A stretch of 64,000 nt of DNA from Parvicella sp. Lineage in GTDB: Bacteria > Bacteroidota > Bacteroidia > Flavobacteriales_D > Parvicellaceae. The DNA lies in contig JBFHGR010000002.1 of the NCBI GenBank assembly GCA_041583015.1, positions 6,181-70,180 on the forward strand, read 5' to 3'. A program made the translations under genes and the position numbers. Each line of letters starts with the position of its first letter. The first letter of the stretch is position 1. The notes below the pieces were generated by a model. It ran no database searches and was not told where the DNA came from. It saw only the letters and a program-made list of their open reading frames with translations. Shown one piece after another: positions 40,002-49,106 of the stretch.

Positions 40002-42974
40002 ATGATTTACAAATCAATATTAATACTGTTTTCAGTATTTTTTGGATATGTTGCTAATTCTCAATCCAAATACACCTCTTTTGAAAAGTCAAAAAATGGT
40101 TATGATACCATTAGTAAAAATGGAAAATTATTGATGAAAGGAGATATTTTTAAAAATGAAAATTTTGAATATCTCAACTCAAATGAAGCATACATTAAAA
40201 ATTATCACAAAAGATATACTTATCTGAATGGGCAGTATGAAAACGTAACTAATCATTTATCTACCGTTTTAGCAGACGACACTAGTTCTAGAAGTTACAA
40301 AGGTTATTATTTGGACATTCATCCAAGTTATCTTTCAGATAGAGTTGTTCCAATAAGTTATCTTTCTAAAGGCGTTATTACCAACAGGGATTGGAATAAA
40401 TTTAAAGCATATGTAAGAGATTCAATTGCGTTGAGAATACTAGCAAGTGACCAATCTCCTGAAGATTACCAAATACCATCTTACATTAGAGACAAAAATG
40501 GTCTATATGAAGCAGATATTTATGAATGGCCTCTAAACTGGAATGCCAAAATTGATTTTAATAAAACACCTACTAATTTTCTATATCCTTCATTGGCGCA
40601 ATTAAACTATTCTCCACATCAGCGATTTAGATCAAAAATAGAAACAGACGCTAGAAAACTTCAATATATTTATACGGAAGTCCAAAACAAGACCATTCGT
40701 GAGAATATGCTTAAAGATGTATTGGAAATGCATGAATTTTCCGACACAATACGTGCTAGAAACGTACTCTGGGACGATTACTACCGAGATTATTCAAGTA
40801 CGCATTATATACCATTATATGTAGATTCTTTATTGTGGAAATCGCAAAGTAAAAATCCTCATCATGGAGATATTGCAGACCAATTGATTAGCCAATATGG
40901 CAGTTATGAGCGATTTTTGGACTCGCCTGTAGTGGGAATTACCAGTATGCAAGTCAAAGCTTATTTACATTGGCTACAAACCGAACATCAAAAACAGTTA
41001 AATAAAAACAAAAAGTGGTACTATGTAGAATATGCATTGCCAACTCCACTGGAACTTGAAGGAATAGACCCCATTAACAACAAAATTACCATCCCTGCTT
41101 TCGACTTATCTCCTTGGACCATAACTAATGCAGACTACAAAGAGTTTTTAGACTATACCATTGATTCATTAATAATTACAATTGCCGGCCAACAACTTGG
41201 TCCAGATGGTTTACTTATTCCTACATTGGATGACTACTTGAACGAAACAGATATTTATCAGTGGGTAATCAACTGGAAGAATCTCAAAAACGTACATAAT
41301 GACATTCGCTATTATGACTTGATAAAAAATGAAGGATTATTTTATCCTGAATATTTAGCTGATTCAACTAAACTGTTTGATTTTGATTACAGATACATCA
41401 AATACATTCATTACCAATATAATTTTCAATCTGCTGCACCATTAGGGCAACTGGAAGAACAAGATCATTTTGGGTATACAGAATGTGATAAACACATTTT
41501 GGAAACAAAAAATATTACTCAAAATTATTGGGAAGATTATAAAAATGGCAAAAACATGATACTAAGTAGTCCCAATAATACATGTCAAAATGCTGATGTA
41601 AGAAGTCATGAGGATCGTTCACAATTTATTGAAGAATTCAGAACAAATATTTACCCAGGTGTAATTTGTTATTCGGATCGCATCTGTGAAAGCTACTATG
41701 AAACACATCCTGAATTAGGAGATACTTGTTGTAAAATGGATGATTACGAAAATCAAAGATTACCAGAATATGATTTTACTAGTTTTCCAAATAATGCCAT
41801 CACCAATATAACCTATAGACAAGCACTTGCATTTTATAATTGGAAGCAAAAACATAAGGGTTACGTTACGAAACATGACAACGCAATCATAGCTAATTAC
41901 ATTCCTGCTGAAAAAGAATGGATTGAAATTCAAAACGGAAAGAAAATAACTCACTCTGAAGAATCTTTTCAATACACTACTCCACTAGCCAAGTATGTAG
42001 TAAGGTTTTATCCAAGAAATAGCAAAAGTACTGTTCCAGGACTCCCAAAGATTTCTCAATATGCTAGACATCCTGGTGCTCAATTTAGCGCTAGCAAAAC
42101 TGAAAGAAAAAAATTCTTGAAACTGATAAATGCTGATTTATCAGAGTATAATGAAGCAAATGATATTCAAATTATCAGAAATAAGACTTCTAAACTATGG
42201 GGGCTTTACACCAATGACAACGAAGTTAGAGAATTGGTTCCACAATCATTTCATAGCATTGAGTTTTTAAAAGATACTTTACAACATTTTGCTGAATGCT
42301 ATAATTCCAAAGGTCAAAAAACGTGTTTTATTCCAAATAAAGTATACGAAAACATGGAAACTAATTTGTTTTTTGATGAAATAAACTATCGCAAAACCAA
42401 TAATGGAAATTTTCAAGTTTTAGCTCAGAAAAGCAGCAATTGGGGTGTTTTAAATCCGCATAATGGTCAATTGATTTACGCATGTGATGCTGCTGATATA
42501 AAAGATATTCCTGTATTTTCTATAGATGGATTAAACTACTTGCAAAGCTATATTAACAAAAGGAAATCACAAGGTGATATTTCATTTATGCCCGATGGCA
42601 ATGGGGATGGCGTTTTTTATGCAAAAAACAAACACAATAAATGGGGATTGTATCAAATGGACCAAGCAATTATTCCTGCTCAATATGACAAAATTGAAAT
42701 CATAGGTTTTAATCCGAATTTTACATTAGTATGGAACAATAATAAAGTAGGTGTTTGGAGCGGAATATTCTCTGCAGGAAAAGAAAGTGTTCCCTGTCTA
42801 TATGATGGTGCTAAAAGGATAAGACTTTCTGGATATTATTATCTCGCTGCACAAAAAAATGGTAAATGGGGTTATGTAGATTGGTACAACGGTGATATTT
42901 TACTTGATTTTAAATATGACACTTTTGAGAGTTTACCTTATTGTAAGGATTATAAAAGTTCATTTTATAAATAA
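40002..42974 (+). CDS. Exported protein with two tandem truncated GldK/FGE-like cores and C-terminal WG-type repeats
   Basis: Sec signal peptide without lipobox; ITNRDWNKFKAYVRDSI...PVVGITSMQVKAYLHW...LPTPLE and ITNADYKEFLDYTIDSL...ITNITYRQALAFYNW...IPAEKEW; later KLWG/NWG/KWG/KWGY repeats; ATG at 40002. Confidence 0.7.
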   Translation: MIYKSILILFSVFFGYVANSQSKYTSFEKSKNGYDTISKNGKLLMKGDIFKNENFEYLNSNEAYIKNYHKRYTYLNGQYENVTNHLSTVLADDTSSRSYKGYYLDIHPSYLSDRVVPISYLSKGVITNRDWNKFKAYVRDSIALRILASDQSPEDYQIPSYIRDKNGLYEADIYEWPLNWNAKIDFNKTPTNFLYPSLAQLNYSPHQRFRSKIETDARKLQYIYTEVQNKTIRENMLKDVLEMHEFSDTIRARNVLWDDYYRDYSSTHYIPLYVDSLLWKSQSKNPHHGDIADQLISQYGSYERFLDSPVVGITSMQVKAYLHWLQTEHQKQLNKNKKWYYVEYALPTPLELEGIDPINNKITIPAFDLSPWTITNADYKEFLDYTIDSLIITIAGQQLGPDGLLIPTLDDYLNETDIYQWVINWKNLKNVHNDIRYYDLIKNEGLFYPEYLADSTKLFDFDYRYIKYIHYQYNFQSAAPLGQLEEQDHFGYTECDKHILETKNITQNYWEDYKNGKNMILSSPNNTCQNADVRSHEDRSQFIEEFRTNIYPGVICYSDRICESYYETHPELGDTCCKMDDYENQRLPEYDFTSFPNNAITNITYRQALAFYNWKQKHKGYVTKHDNAIIANYIPAEKEWIEIQNGKKITHSEESFQYTTPLAKYVVRFYPRNSKSTVPGLPKISQYARHPGAQFSASKTERKKFLKLINADLSEYNEANDIQIIRNKTSKLWGLYTNDNEVRELVPQSFHSIEFLKDTLQHFAECYNSKGQKTCFIPNKVYENMETNLFFDEINYRKTNNGNFQVLAQKSSNWGVLNPHNGQLIYACDAADIKDIPVFSIDGLNYLQSYINKRKSQGDISFMPDGNGDGVFYAKNKHNKWGLYQMDQAIIPAQYDKIEIIGFNPNFTLVWNNNKVGVWSGIFSAGKESVPCLYDGAKRIRLSGYYYLAAQKNGKWGYVDWYNGDILLDFKYDTFESLPYCKDYKSSFYK

Positions 42975-42977
42975 ATT

Positions 42978-43688
42978 ATGAAAATACTAATTCTATTACT
43001 CATCTTTACCACAGCGACTAACTATGCTCAGTATTTTCAAACTGGTGCTAGTTGGAATATGGTGGTAAAAGACAATTTCACAATAAACCAACCTTCTTTC
43101 ACCAACTCAGAAGGACTAAACTCTAGAATAGAAGGTGTTGAACATATCTCAGAGTTAAAAGGTTGGGATATAAAAATTCTTGGTTTGTTTAACTATAAGC
43201 GATTTTTCTACAAGTTTGATTTTAATATTTTTCAAGGATTTGAAGAGTACGAAGTAACCCATATCACAGAAAAAATTAGAGAAAGTTGGCCGCAAGATGT
43301 TAAATACATAGATACAGTGACTTTAGAACTTAATAATGAATATGTTTCTGTAGGCAATGAATTGATGTTTAAACTATCAAAACAACCCAACTCATTGTAC
43401 CTTTCTTTTCAGCACATAATCAAATTTAATAATTACCATGCGGGAAGTGTTGCAGAAGATACTGAAATAGAAAAATGGCTTACCAATGTAAAACGGGACG
43501 TTAGATTCAATTTTGGAGCAGGTTATATTAGAACTAATGTCATGATCTTCGCAAAATATACACCATCTTTTAGACTTCAAAAACTTAGCAGAGGACTTAC
43601 ATTCTCTTACGTAGAAATAGGTTTTGCATTTATGGGGAGACCTCAACCATTTTTCAAGAAAAAATCTATTTATAAACCTAAACTGTAA
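42978..43688 (+). CDS. Probable small outer-membrane beta-barrel protein
   Basis: Signal peptide; aromatic alternating strands (FNFGAGY, IFAKY, FSYVEIGFAF). Confidence 0.55.
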   Translation: MKILILLLIFTTATNYAQYFQTGASWNMVVKDNFTINQPSFTNSEGLNSRIEGVEHISELKGWDIKILGLFNYKRFFYKFDFNIFQGFEEYEVTHITEKIRESWPQDVKYIDTVTLELNNEYVSVGNELMFKLSKQPNSLYLSFQHIIKFNNYHAGSVAEDTEIEKWLTNVKRDVRFNFGAGYIRTNVMIFAKYTPSFRLQKLSRGLTFSYVEIGFAFMGRPQPFFKKKSIYKPKL

Positions 43689-43689
43689 T

Positions 43690-46599
43690 ATGAGAACCTT
43701 AATAATCATTTTATTTTTATGGGTCGGGCAGATTTTACATTGCCAGCATGTGGAATTCACTATTCAAAAAGCACACAAATCAAGCGTGTCCTCCATAGAC
43801 TTTATTGAAGGTGATAAACTCCTTACTACAGACACAGATAGTACTACTGTGTTATGGGATATAAATACCGAGAAAGTATTTCACGTAGGAAAAAAAGGTG
43901 AATCTTCTTACAACACTTTAAATAACGAAAATTCAAAGTTTGGTATTGTAAAAATTGAGGATAACTCAATTCAACTTAGAAATAGCCAATTTCACGCAGA
44001 GATAATAAATGATTTCAGGCTTTTCATGAACACTTCACAAGGAAAAATAGTGTTTTGGACCAAAGAACAAAATGGAAATAAAATTTTAGTAATAGAATAC
44101 TCAGAAAAACATAACCTATTTGTTCTTGGTTTGGATAATGGAGAAATCATCTTTTTGAATGCAAAAAATGGTAGATTAATAAAACGGATGACCATTCATA
44201 GTGATATGATTACCACTATGAGAATTGACAAGAATCAAGACCTGATTGCCACTGCTTCGAATGATAGATCCTTTTGCCTAATCAACTTAGCGACCAAAAA
44301 ATTGGAAAAAAGATTGTTTGGAACAAGTTACCATTTTAAACATTTGCAATTTTCTGAAGATGGCAACAAACTTTTGTTTTCGGATGAAACAGGAAAATTG
44401 AGCATACTCAACTTTAGTAATAATGTCCCAGAATTAACTAGTTATACCAAGAACACTTCCAATTTGATGTACTTTGCTCCAACTCAAAATGGAATTACTG
44501 GTTGTACTGACAATAATAAAGTAATAACCTATGATTTAGAAAATGAAAAGTTGAACAAATCCAAATGGATAAAAAAGCAGTATCCCTACACCACAATGTA
44601 CAGGGTCAAAAAAAGTGCTGACTTTACATTAAACACTAAATACTCACGAGTTACCAAAGGAGTTTTTTCATCAAGTAGAAAATACTTCGCTGTGCTACAC
44701 CATCTGCACTACCCAAAAGAAGATGATTATTTTTGGAGAATATCGTTAATTAATGCTGAAACACATCATGTAACCAATATCAAGGCAGGTTATTCCGCTT
44801 TTGATTTTTACAAAGACCATTTAATATATTTAAACTATGATTATAAGTTTGCGGAAGCGGAAAATAAAAATTTAGACAAATTAACACTGCCATCTGGAAT
44901 AATGGAGAAATTTGCGGTTTTGAACGATAGTATAATACTCTACTTAAAAGATTATGAGTTCTTCAGTTATAATCCAGAAAGTCAAAAAACATCCAAGGTA
45001 ACTTGTGAAAGTATACCAAAAGGAAAAATCTCTTTTAAACACAACTTGTTTTTCGCACAAGAAGATGACGCATTAAAAATCTATACATTTCAAAATGATT
45101 CATTGCGTTTAATAAATACAATCAATGAAGACGCTATTCAATTTGATATACACAAGAACCAAAATACCATTGCAATAATTACGGAAAATGGTTTGATTAA
45201 ATTTTATAGATTGGATAAAATTGATCAGCCAGTTTCATTTGCTACTTCATTTTACGATGACTTTGCCTTCTTTGATAAAGACCAGCATTATTTTATTCCC
45301 AAAAGTAAACTAGAATTTATCGGAATCAACTACAACAATAATTATGTTTTCCCTTATCAGTTTGACAAATATTTTAATAGGCCAGACATTGTGCTTGGAA
45401 AGACTGGCCTAATCTCCGAATCATTTGAACAATTACTAGCCAAAAGTATTTCGAAGAGAACATTGACCACAGAAAATTTGACTCTTCCAAATTTTGAAGA
45501 TATTCCTGTAGTTTCTATTCTTGAAAAAATTGAAAATCAAGATTCGATTTCACTTAAACTACGCATAAAAAGTACAAATAAGGAAGGTAAAATAATTTGC
45601 AAGATTAATGATGTTGCTTCATTTCAACAGGAAGTTACTGTTGAAGATTCAGAGATAAGTATTCAGGTTCCAAAAGTAAGTGGTGTCAACAAATACGAGG
45701 TAAGTTTTGCTACGAATGATAATATAGAAAGTGTAAAACAATTTTTTGAATTTGAATCCCAATTAAATAATTCCAAACCTAATCTTTATGTTGTTTCAAT
45801 TGGTGTTTCCCAATATGAGCAAAAAGAGTTTAATTTAGTTTATGCCAATAAAGATGCTAATGATTTTGATCAATGTATTAAAGAGCAATCTAAAAACAAA
45901 TATGAAAACATCTATTCGTTAGTAATTACTGATAAAGATGCTACAAGAAGTAATATTCAAACTGGTATAAAAGATTTCCTGGCAAAGAGTAGTATAAACG
46001 ATGTTGTAATACTCTTTATGGCAGGGCATGGCTTGTTAGACAAGGATCTGAACTACTATTTTGGCAATAGTGACATTGATTTCTTATCTCCGGAAACCAA
46101 TGGAATTTCATTTGATGAAATTGAACAGATGCTAACAAGTATTAATTCCAATAAAAAACTTCTTATTATGGATACATGTCATAGTGGTGAAGTAGATAAG
46201 GAAGAAACCACTGAGGATGATGAGTTACTTTCACAAGATAATTCCGATATAGTTTTTAGGAAAGGAACGAAGCAATACAAGACTACATCAAAGCAAACTA
46301 CATTGGAATTATCCAAATCCATTTTCTTTGACATGAACAATACTTCTGGCGCCAACGTCATAGCAAGTGCTTCAGGTAATGAATTCGCCATGGAAACCAA
46401 TGAATTTGAGAATGGAATATTCACCTACGCATTAATGCAAAGTCTCACCGATAAAAAAGCCGATACCAACAAAGATGGTCAACTATGGCTAGACGAAATT
46501 AGAAATTACACCTATAATCAAGTTGTCATTATTTCTGATGGCAAACAACATCCAACTGTAAGGTCTGAGAATTTATTGACTAATTTTAGAATAAAATAA
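43690..46599 (+). CDS. Exported WD40-repeat protein with C-terminal caspase-like (C14) peptidase
   Basis: Signal peptide; WD repeats (AHKSSVSSIDF...LWD; HSDMITTM...ATASNDRS); caspase dyad motifs MAGHG and MDTCHSG; SLTDKKADTNKDG...QHP; ATG at 43690. Confidence 0.88.
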   Translation: MRTLIIILFLWVGQILHCQHVEFTIQKAHKSSVSSIDFIEGDKLLTTDTDSTTVLWDINTEKVFHVGKKGESSYNTLNNENSKFGIVKIEDNSIQLRNSQFHAEIINDFRLFMNTSQGKIVFWTKEQNGNKILVIEYSEKHNLFVLGLDNGEIIFLNAKNGRLIKRMTIHSDMITTMRIDKNQDLIATASNDRSFCLINLATKKLEKRLFGTSYHFKHLQFSEDGNKLLFSDETGKLSILNFSNNVPELTSYTKNTSNLMYFAPTQNGITGCTDNNKVITYDLENEKLNKSKWIKKQYPYTTMYRVKKSADFTLNTKYSRVTKGVFSSSRKYFAVLHHLHYPKEDDYFWRISLINAETHHVTNIKAGYSAFDFYKDHLIYLNYDYKFAEAENKNLDKLTLPSGIMEKFAVLNDSIILYLKDYEFFSYNPESQKTSKVTCESIPKGKISFKHNLFFAQEDDALKIYTFQNDSLRLINTINEDAIQFDIHKNQNTIAIITENGLIKFYRLDKIDQPVSFATSFYDDFAFFDKDQHYFIPKSKLEFIGINYNNNYVFPYQFDKYFNRPDIVLGKTGLISESFEQLLAKSISKRTLTTENLTLPNFEDIPVVSILEKIENQDSISLKLRIKSTNKEGKIICKINDVASFQQEVTVEDSEISIQVPKVSGVNKYEVSFATNDNIESVKQFFEFESQLNNSKPNLYVVSIGVSQYEQKEFNLVYANKDANDFDQCIKEQSKNKYENIYSLVITDKDATRSNIQTGIKDFLAKSSINDVVILFMAGHGLLDKDLNYYFGNSDIDFLSPETNGISFDEIEQMLTSINSNKKLLIMDTCHSGEVDKEETTEDDELLSQDNSDIVFRKGTKQYKTTSKQTTLELSKSIFFDMNNTSGANVIASASGNEFAMETNEFENGIFTYALMQSLTDKKADTNKDGQLWLDEIRNYTYNQVVIISDGKQHPTVRSENLLTNFRIK

Positions 46600-46623
46600 A
46601 ACTCATTTTTAATCGAATTCCTA

Positions 46624-47049
46624 ATGGACATCCTAGCACTCTACAACCAACATAACAACTTCGGTAGGTTATTAAACATGACTTACGAGGTTATTGAACC
46701 AGGAAAAGTCTCCTACCATCTTAAAGTTACTTCAGATTTATTGGCTACACCAATAGCGGCTCACGGTGGAGCAATTGCTGGATTTATGGATGCTATTGTT
46801 GGTGTTGCGGCTTTAAGCGCTGTAGCGCCTTTAAACAAAGTGGTAAGCACCATTGAGTTTAAAATCAATTACGTGCAACCAGCATTGCTTAATGATGATC
46901 TTAAAGGAATAGGTGAAGTCTTAAAGCTAGGAAATAGAATATTGACAGTGAGAGGTGATATTTACAACCAGAAAAATGAATTGGTTGCAACAAGTTTGGC
47001 TACCTTGAATGCTTACCCTATTGAGAAGAGTGGGATGTTGAATCAGTAG
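46624..47049 (+). CDS. PaaI-family hotdog thioesterase
   Basis: AHGGAIAGFMD, STIEFKINYVQPA, LGNRI. Confidence 0.9.
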   Translation: MDILALYNQHNNFGRLLNMTYEVIEPGKVSYHLKVTSDLLATPIAAHGGAIAGFMDAIVGVAALSAVAPLNKVVSTIEFKINYVQPALLNDDLKGIGEVLKLGNRILTVRGDIYNQKNELVATSLATLNAYPIEKSGMLNQ

Positions 47050-47737
47050 CAGCCAATTCTGCGGTTAAAGCATTAAAATTCTCTTGAGCTAATATGTAGT
47101 CTTTTTGGACCATCAAAGCGGCATTAAACATTCCTAATGCATTCTCTTTTTCCATTTTTTCGTTATAAATGAACCCTAAAAGATTGTATGCTGCTGCTCT
47201 GTATGCAACTTTTTGCACTCCATTCCCTCTATATTCCGCGTATTCTTCCGTAAGACTTTTAGGCGATAAGATAATTTCATTTAGCAACTCCTCACTTGCT
47301 GATAGATCCATCAACTGAATATAGTTATATGCCAATTCATATTTTAAAGAAACGCTATCATCATGAAAACTAAGCAACTCCTCACCGTACAAAATAATAT
47401 CTTCATTTTTTTTCAATGCTTTGGCAGCATTATAAGCCAACCCCAATGTAGGTTCACAGACTTTAAAAGCTAAGGCTTTTGATGCGCATTTTTGCACAGA
47501 TGAAAAATCATTAGTCAAATAATATAATTTAGCCAAAGTATCATAATAAGTATGATTATTACTGTCTAAAGCAATAATGTTATATACAGCAGACTTTGCA
47601 ATTTGGTAATCATTAACCGTCATGGCATTATTATACTTACTCCACTCCTGATTTATTTTCGCAAGCGACTCCTCATTTCCATTGCTACAACTTACAGCTA
47701 TTAATAGAAGAACGATAAAATACAATGTTTGCTTCAT
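47018..47737 (-). CDS. TPR-repeat lipoprotein
   Basis: Lipobox AVSC after MKQTLYFIVLLL (ATG at 47737); TPR-like helices ending AAYNLLGFIY...A..MFNAAL. Confidence 0.75.
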   Translation of the reverse strand: MKQTLYFIVLLLIAVSCSNGNEESLAKINQEWSKYNNAMTVNDYQIAKSAVYNIIALDSNNHTYYDTLAKLYYLTNDFSSVQKCASKALAFKVCEPTLGLAYNAAKALKKNEDIILYGEELLSFHDDSVSLKYELAYNYIQLMDLSASEELLNEIILSPKSLTEEYAEYRGNGVQKVAYRAAAYNLLGFIYNEKMEKENALGMFNAALMVQKDYILAQENFNALTAELAATDSTSHSSQ

Positions 47738-47765
47738 ATGATACAAATATATTACTTTTGAACCA

Positions 47766-49106
47766 ATGAATTCCATATACCAAAAACTTTTCTCTTCTAT
47801 CTCCGGAGTACAACTAGCAGTATTTAGGTTTTTATTTGGCTTAGTAATTTTTTGGGAGGCAGGTAGATTAATATTTTGGAACGATGCTGCTTATTCTAAA
47901 TATATAAATACAGTTTTTCATTTTAAGTACCCATTCTTTGAATGGGTGAAACAAGCACCTGATTCAATAATGTATGTAATCATTGCTGCGGTTGCTTGCT
48001 TGGCAATCCTTTTTTCTGTAGGTTTATTTCATAAAATTGTTTCTCCCTTATTATTTTTAGGCTACACCTATCTTGAGCTTATTGATATTAGTTACTGGAA
48101 TAATCACTATTATTTTTACGCACTAATTCTGTTTCTTTTCATTTTTATACGCCCTACTTTCGTTATTTCTTACCATAAAGACAAAGTGAAAATAAGAAAT
48201 GCAAAATGGTGGGAATTAAACATTCTTAAGTTTTTGGTTGTTCTGGTTTTATTTTATGGTGGAATAGCAAAATTAGTCAATCCAGATTGGATGAATGGTT
48301 CTGCTACAACAGCACTTATAAGTTTAGAATTGAGTAAAAAAGATATTTTTCTTTCTGAATCATCAATCTCTTTTTATTCATTAATAACTAAGTGGTTTGG
48401 GATAGGCATTGATCTGGTTTCTGGTTTTTTATTATTACATAGAAAGACCATTGTTTTCGGATTAGTATTTTTAATACCGTTTAACTTATTAAATTCCTAT
48501 TTGTTCAATATTGGATCATTTCCTTATGCAATGCTTTCAACCTTATTTTTGTTTATACCCAATAATTGGTATAGACTTATATCAAAAACTAAAAAATTTG
48601 AGATTGTTGAGAATCATTCAAATGAAAAAAAGATTGGGATAATAACACTTTTAACCTTATTTATAGTAATACAAATTTCACTTCCATTAAGGCATTTTTT
48701 TATAGAAGGGAATTCTTTTTGGACAGGAGAAGGCAAACTTTATGCTTGGCATATGATGTCTGGTGTAACTCATGCTGAAACAAATAAATTTGTAGTCATT
48801 GCAAAAGCTCCATTCAAAAATAACCTGGAAAAACATACTCTTGATTTGGGACTTTATTTAAATGAAAAGCAAATAAAGGCACTTTCAAAATTTCCATATT
48901 TAGCCTTCCAATTTGCTCAGTTTGTAAAGTCTGAAATGCAGTATGAGGGATATAGTGACATAAAAGTTTATGCTAATATGAACATGGGGCGAAATGGCAG
49001 TGAAATGAAACCAGTAATCTCTCCATTTACCAATTTATTGGACGTCAAAATATCTTATACATCGCACAATAAATGGATTCTTTTATATTTAGATGAAGGT
49101 TACTAA
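47766..49106 (+). CDS. HTTM-domain / vitamin K-dependent gamma-carboxylase-like membrane protein
   Basis: LAVFRFLFG, FHFKYPFFEWV, YWNNHYY, GGIAKL..PDW, FNIGSFPY, PLRH, EGKLYAWHMM. Confidence 0.88.
   Translation: MNSIYQKLFSSISGVQLAVFRFLFGLVIFWEAGRLIFWNDAAYSKYINTVFHFKYPFFEWVKQAPDSIMYVIIAAVACLAILFSVGLFHKIVSPLLFLGYTYLELIDISYWNNHYYFYALILFLFIFIRPTFVISYHKDKVKIRNAKWWELNILKFLVVLVLFYGGIAKLVNPDWMNGSATTALISLELSKKDIFLSESSISFYSLITKWFGIGIDLVSGFLLLHRKTIVFGLVFLIPFNLLNSYLFNIGSFPYAMLSTLFLFIPNNWYRLISKTKKFEIVENHSNEKKIGIITLLTLFIVIQISLPLRHFFIEGNSFWTGEGKLYAWHMMSGVTHAETNKFVVIAKAPFKNNLEKHTLDLGLYLNEKQIKALSKFPYLAFQFAQFVKSEMQYEGYSDIKVYANMNMGRNGSEMKPVISPFTNLLDVKISYTSHNKWILLYLDEGY

Noticed and set aside
43690-46599. Caspase as part of a gasdermin/CBASS-type anti-phage system
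   Set aside because: No gasdermin, cyclase, NLR or TIR gene adjacent, and the protein appears exported, so a known defence system cannot be claimed.
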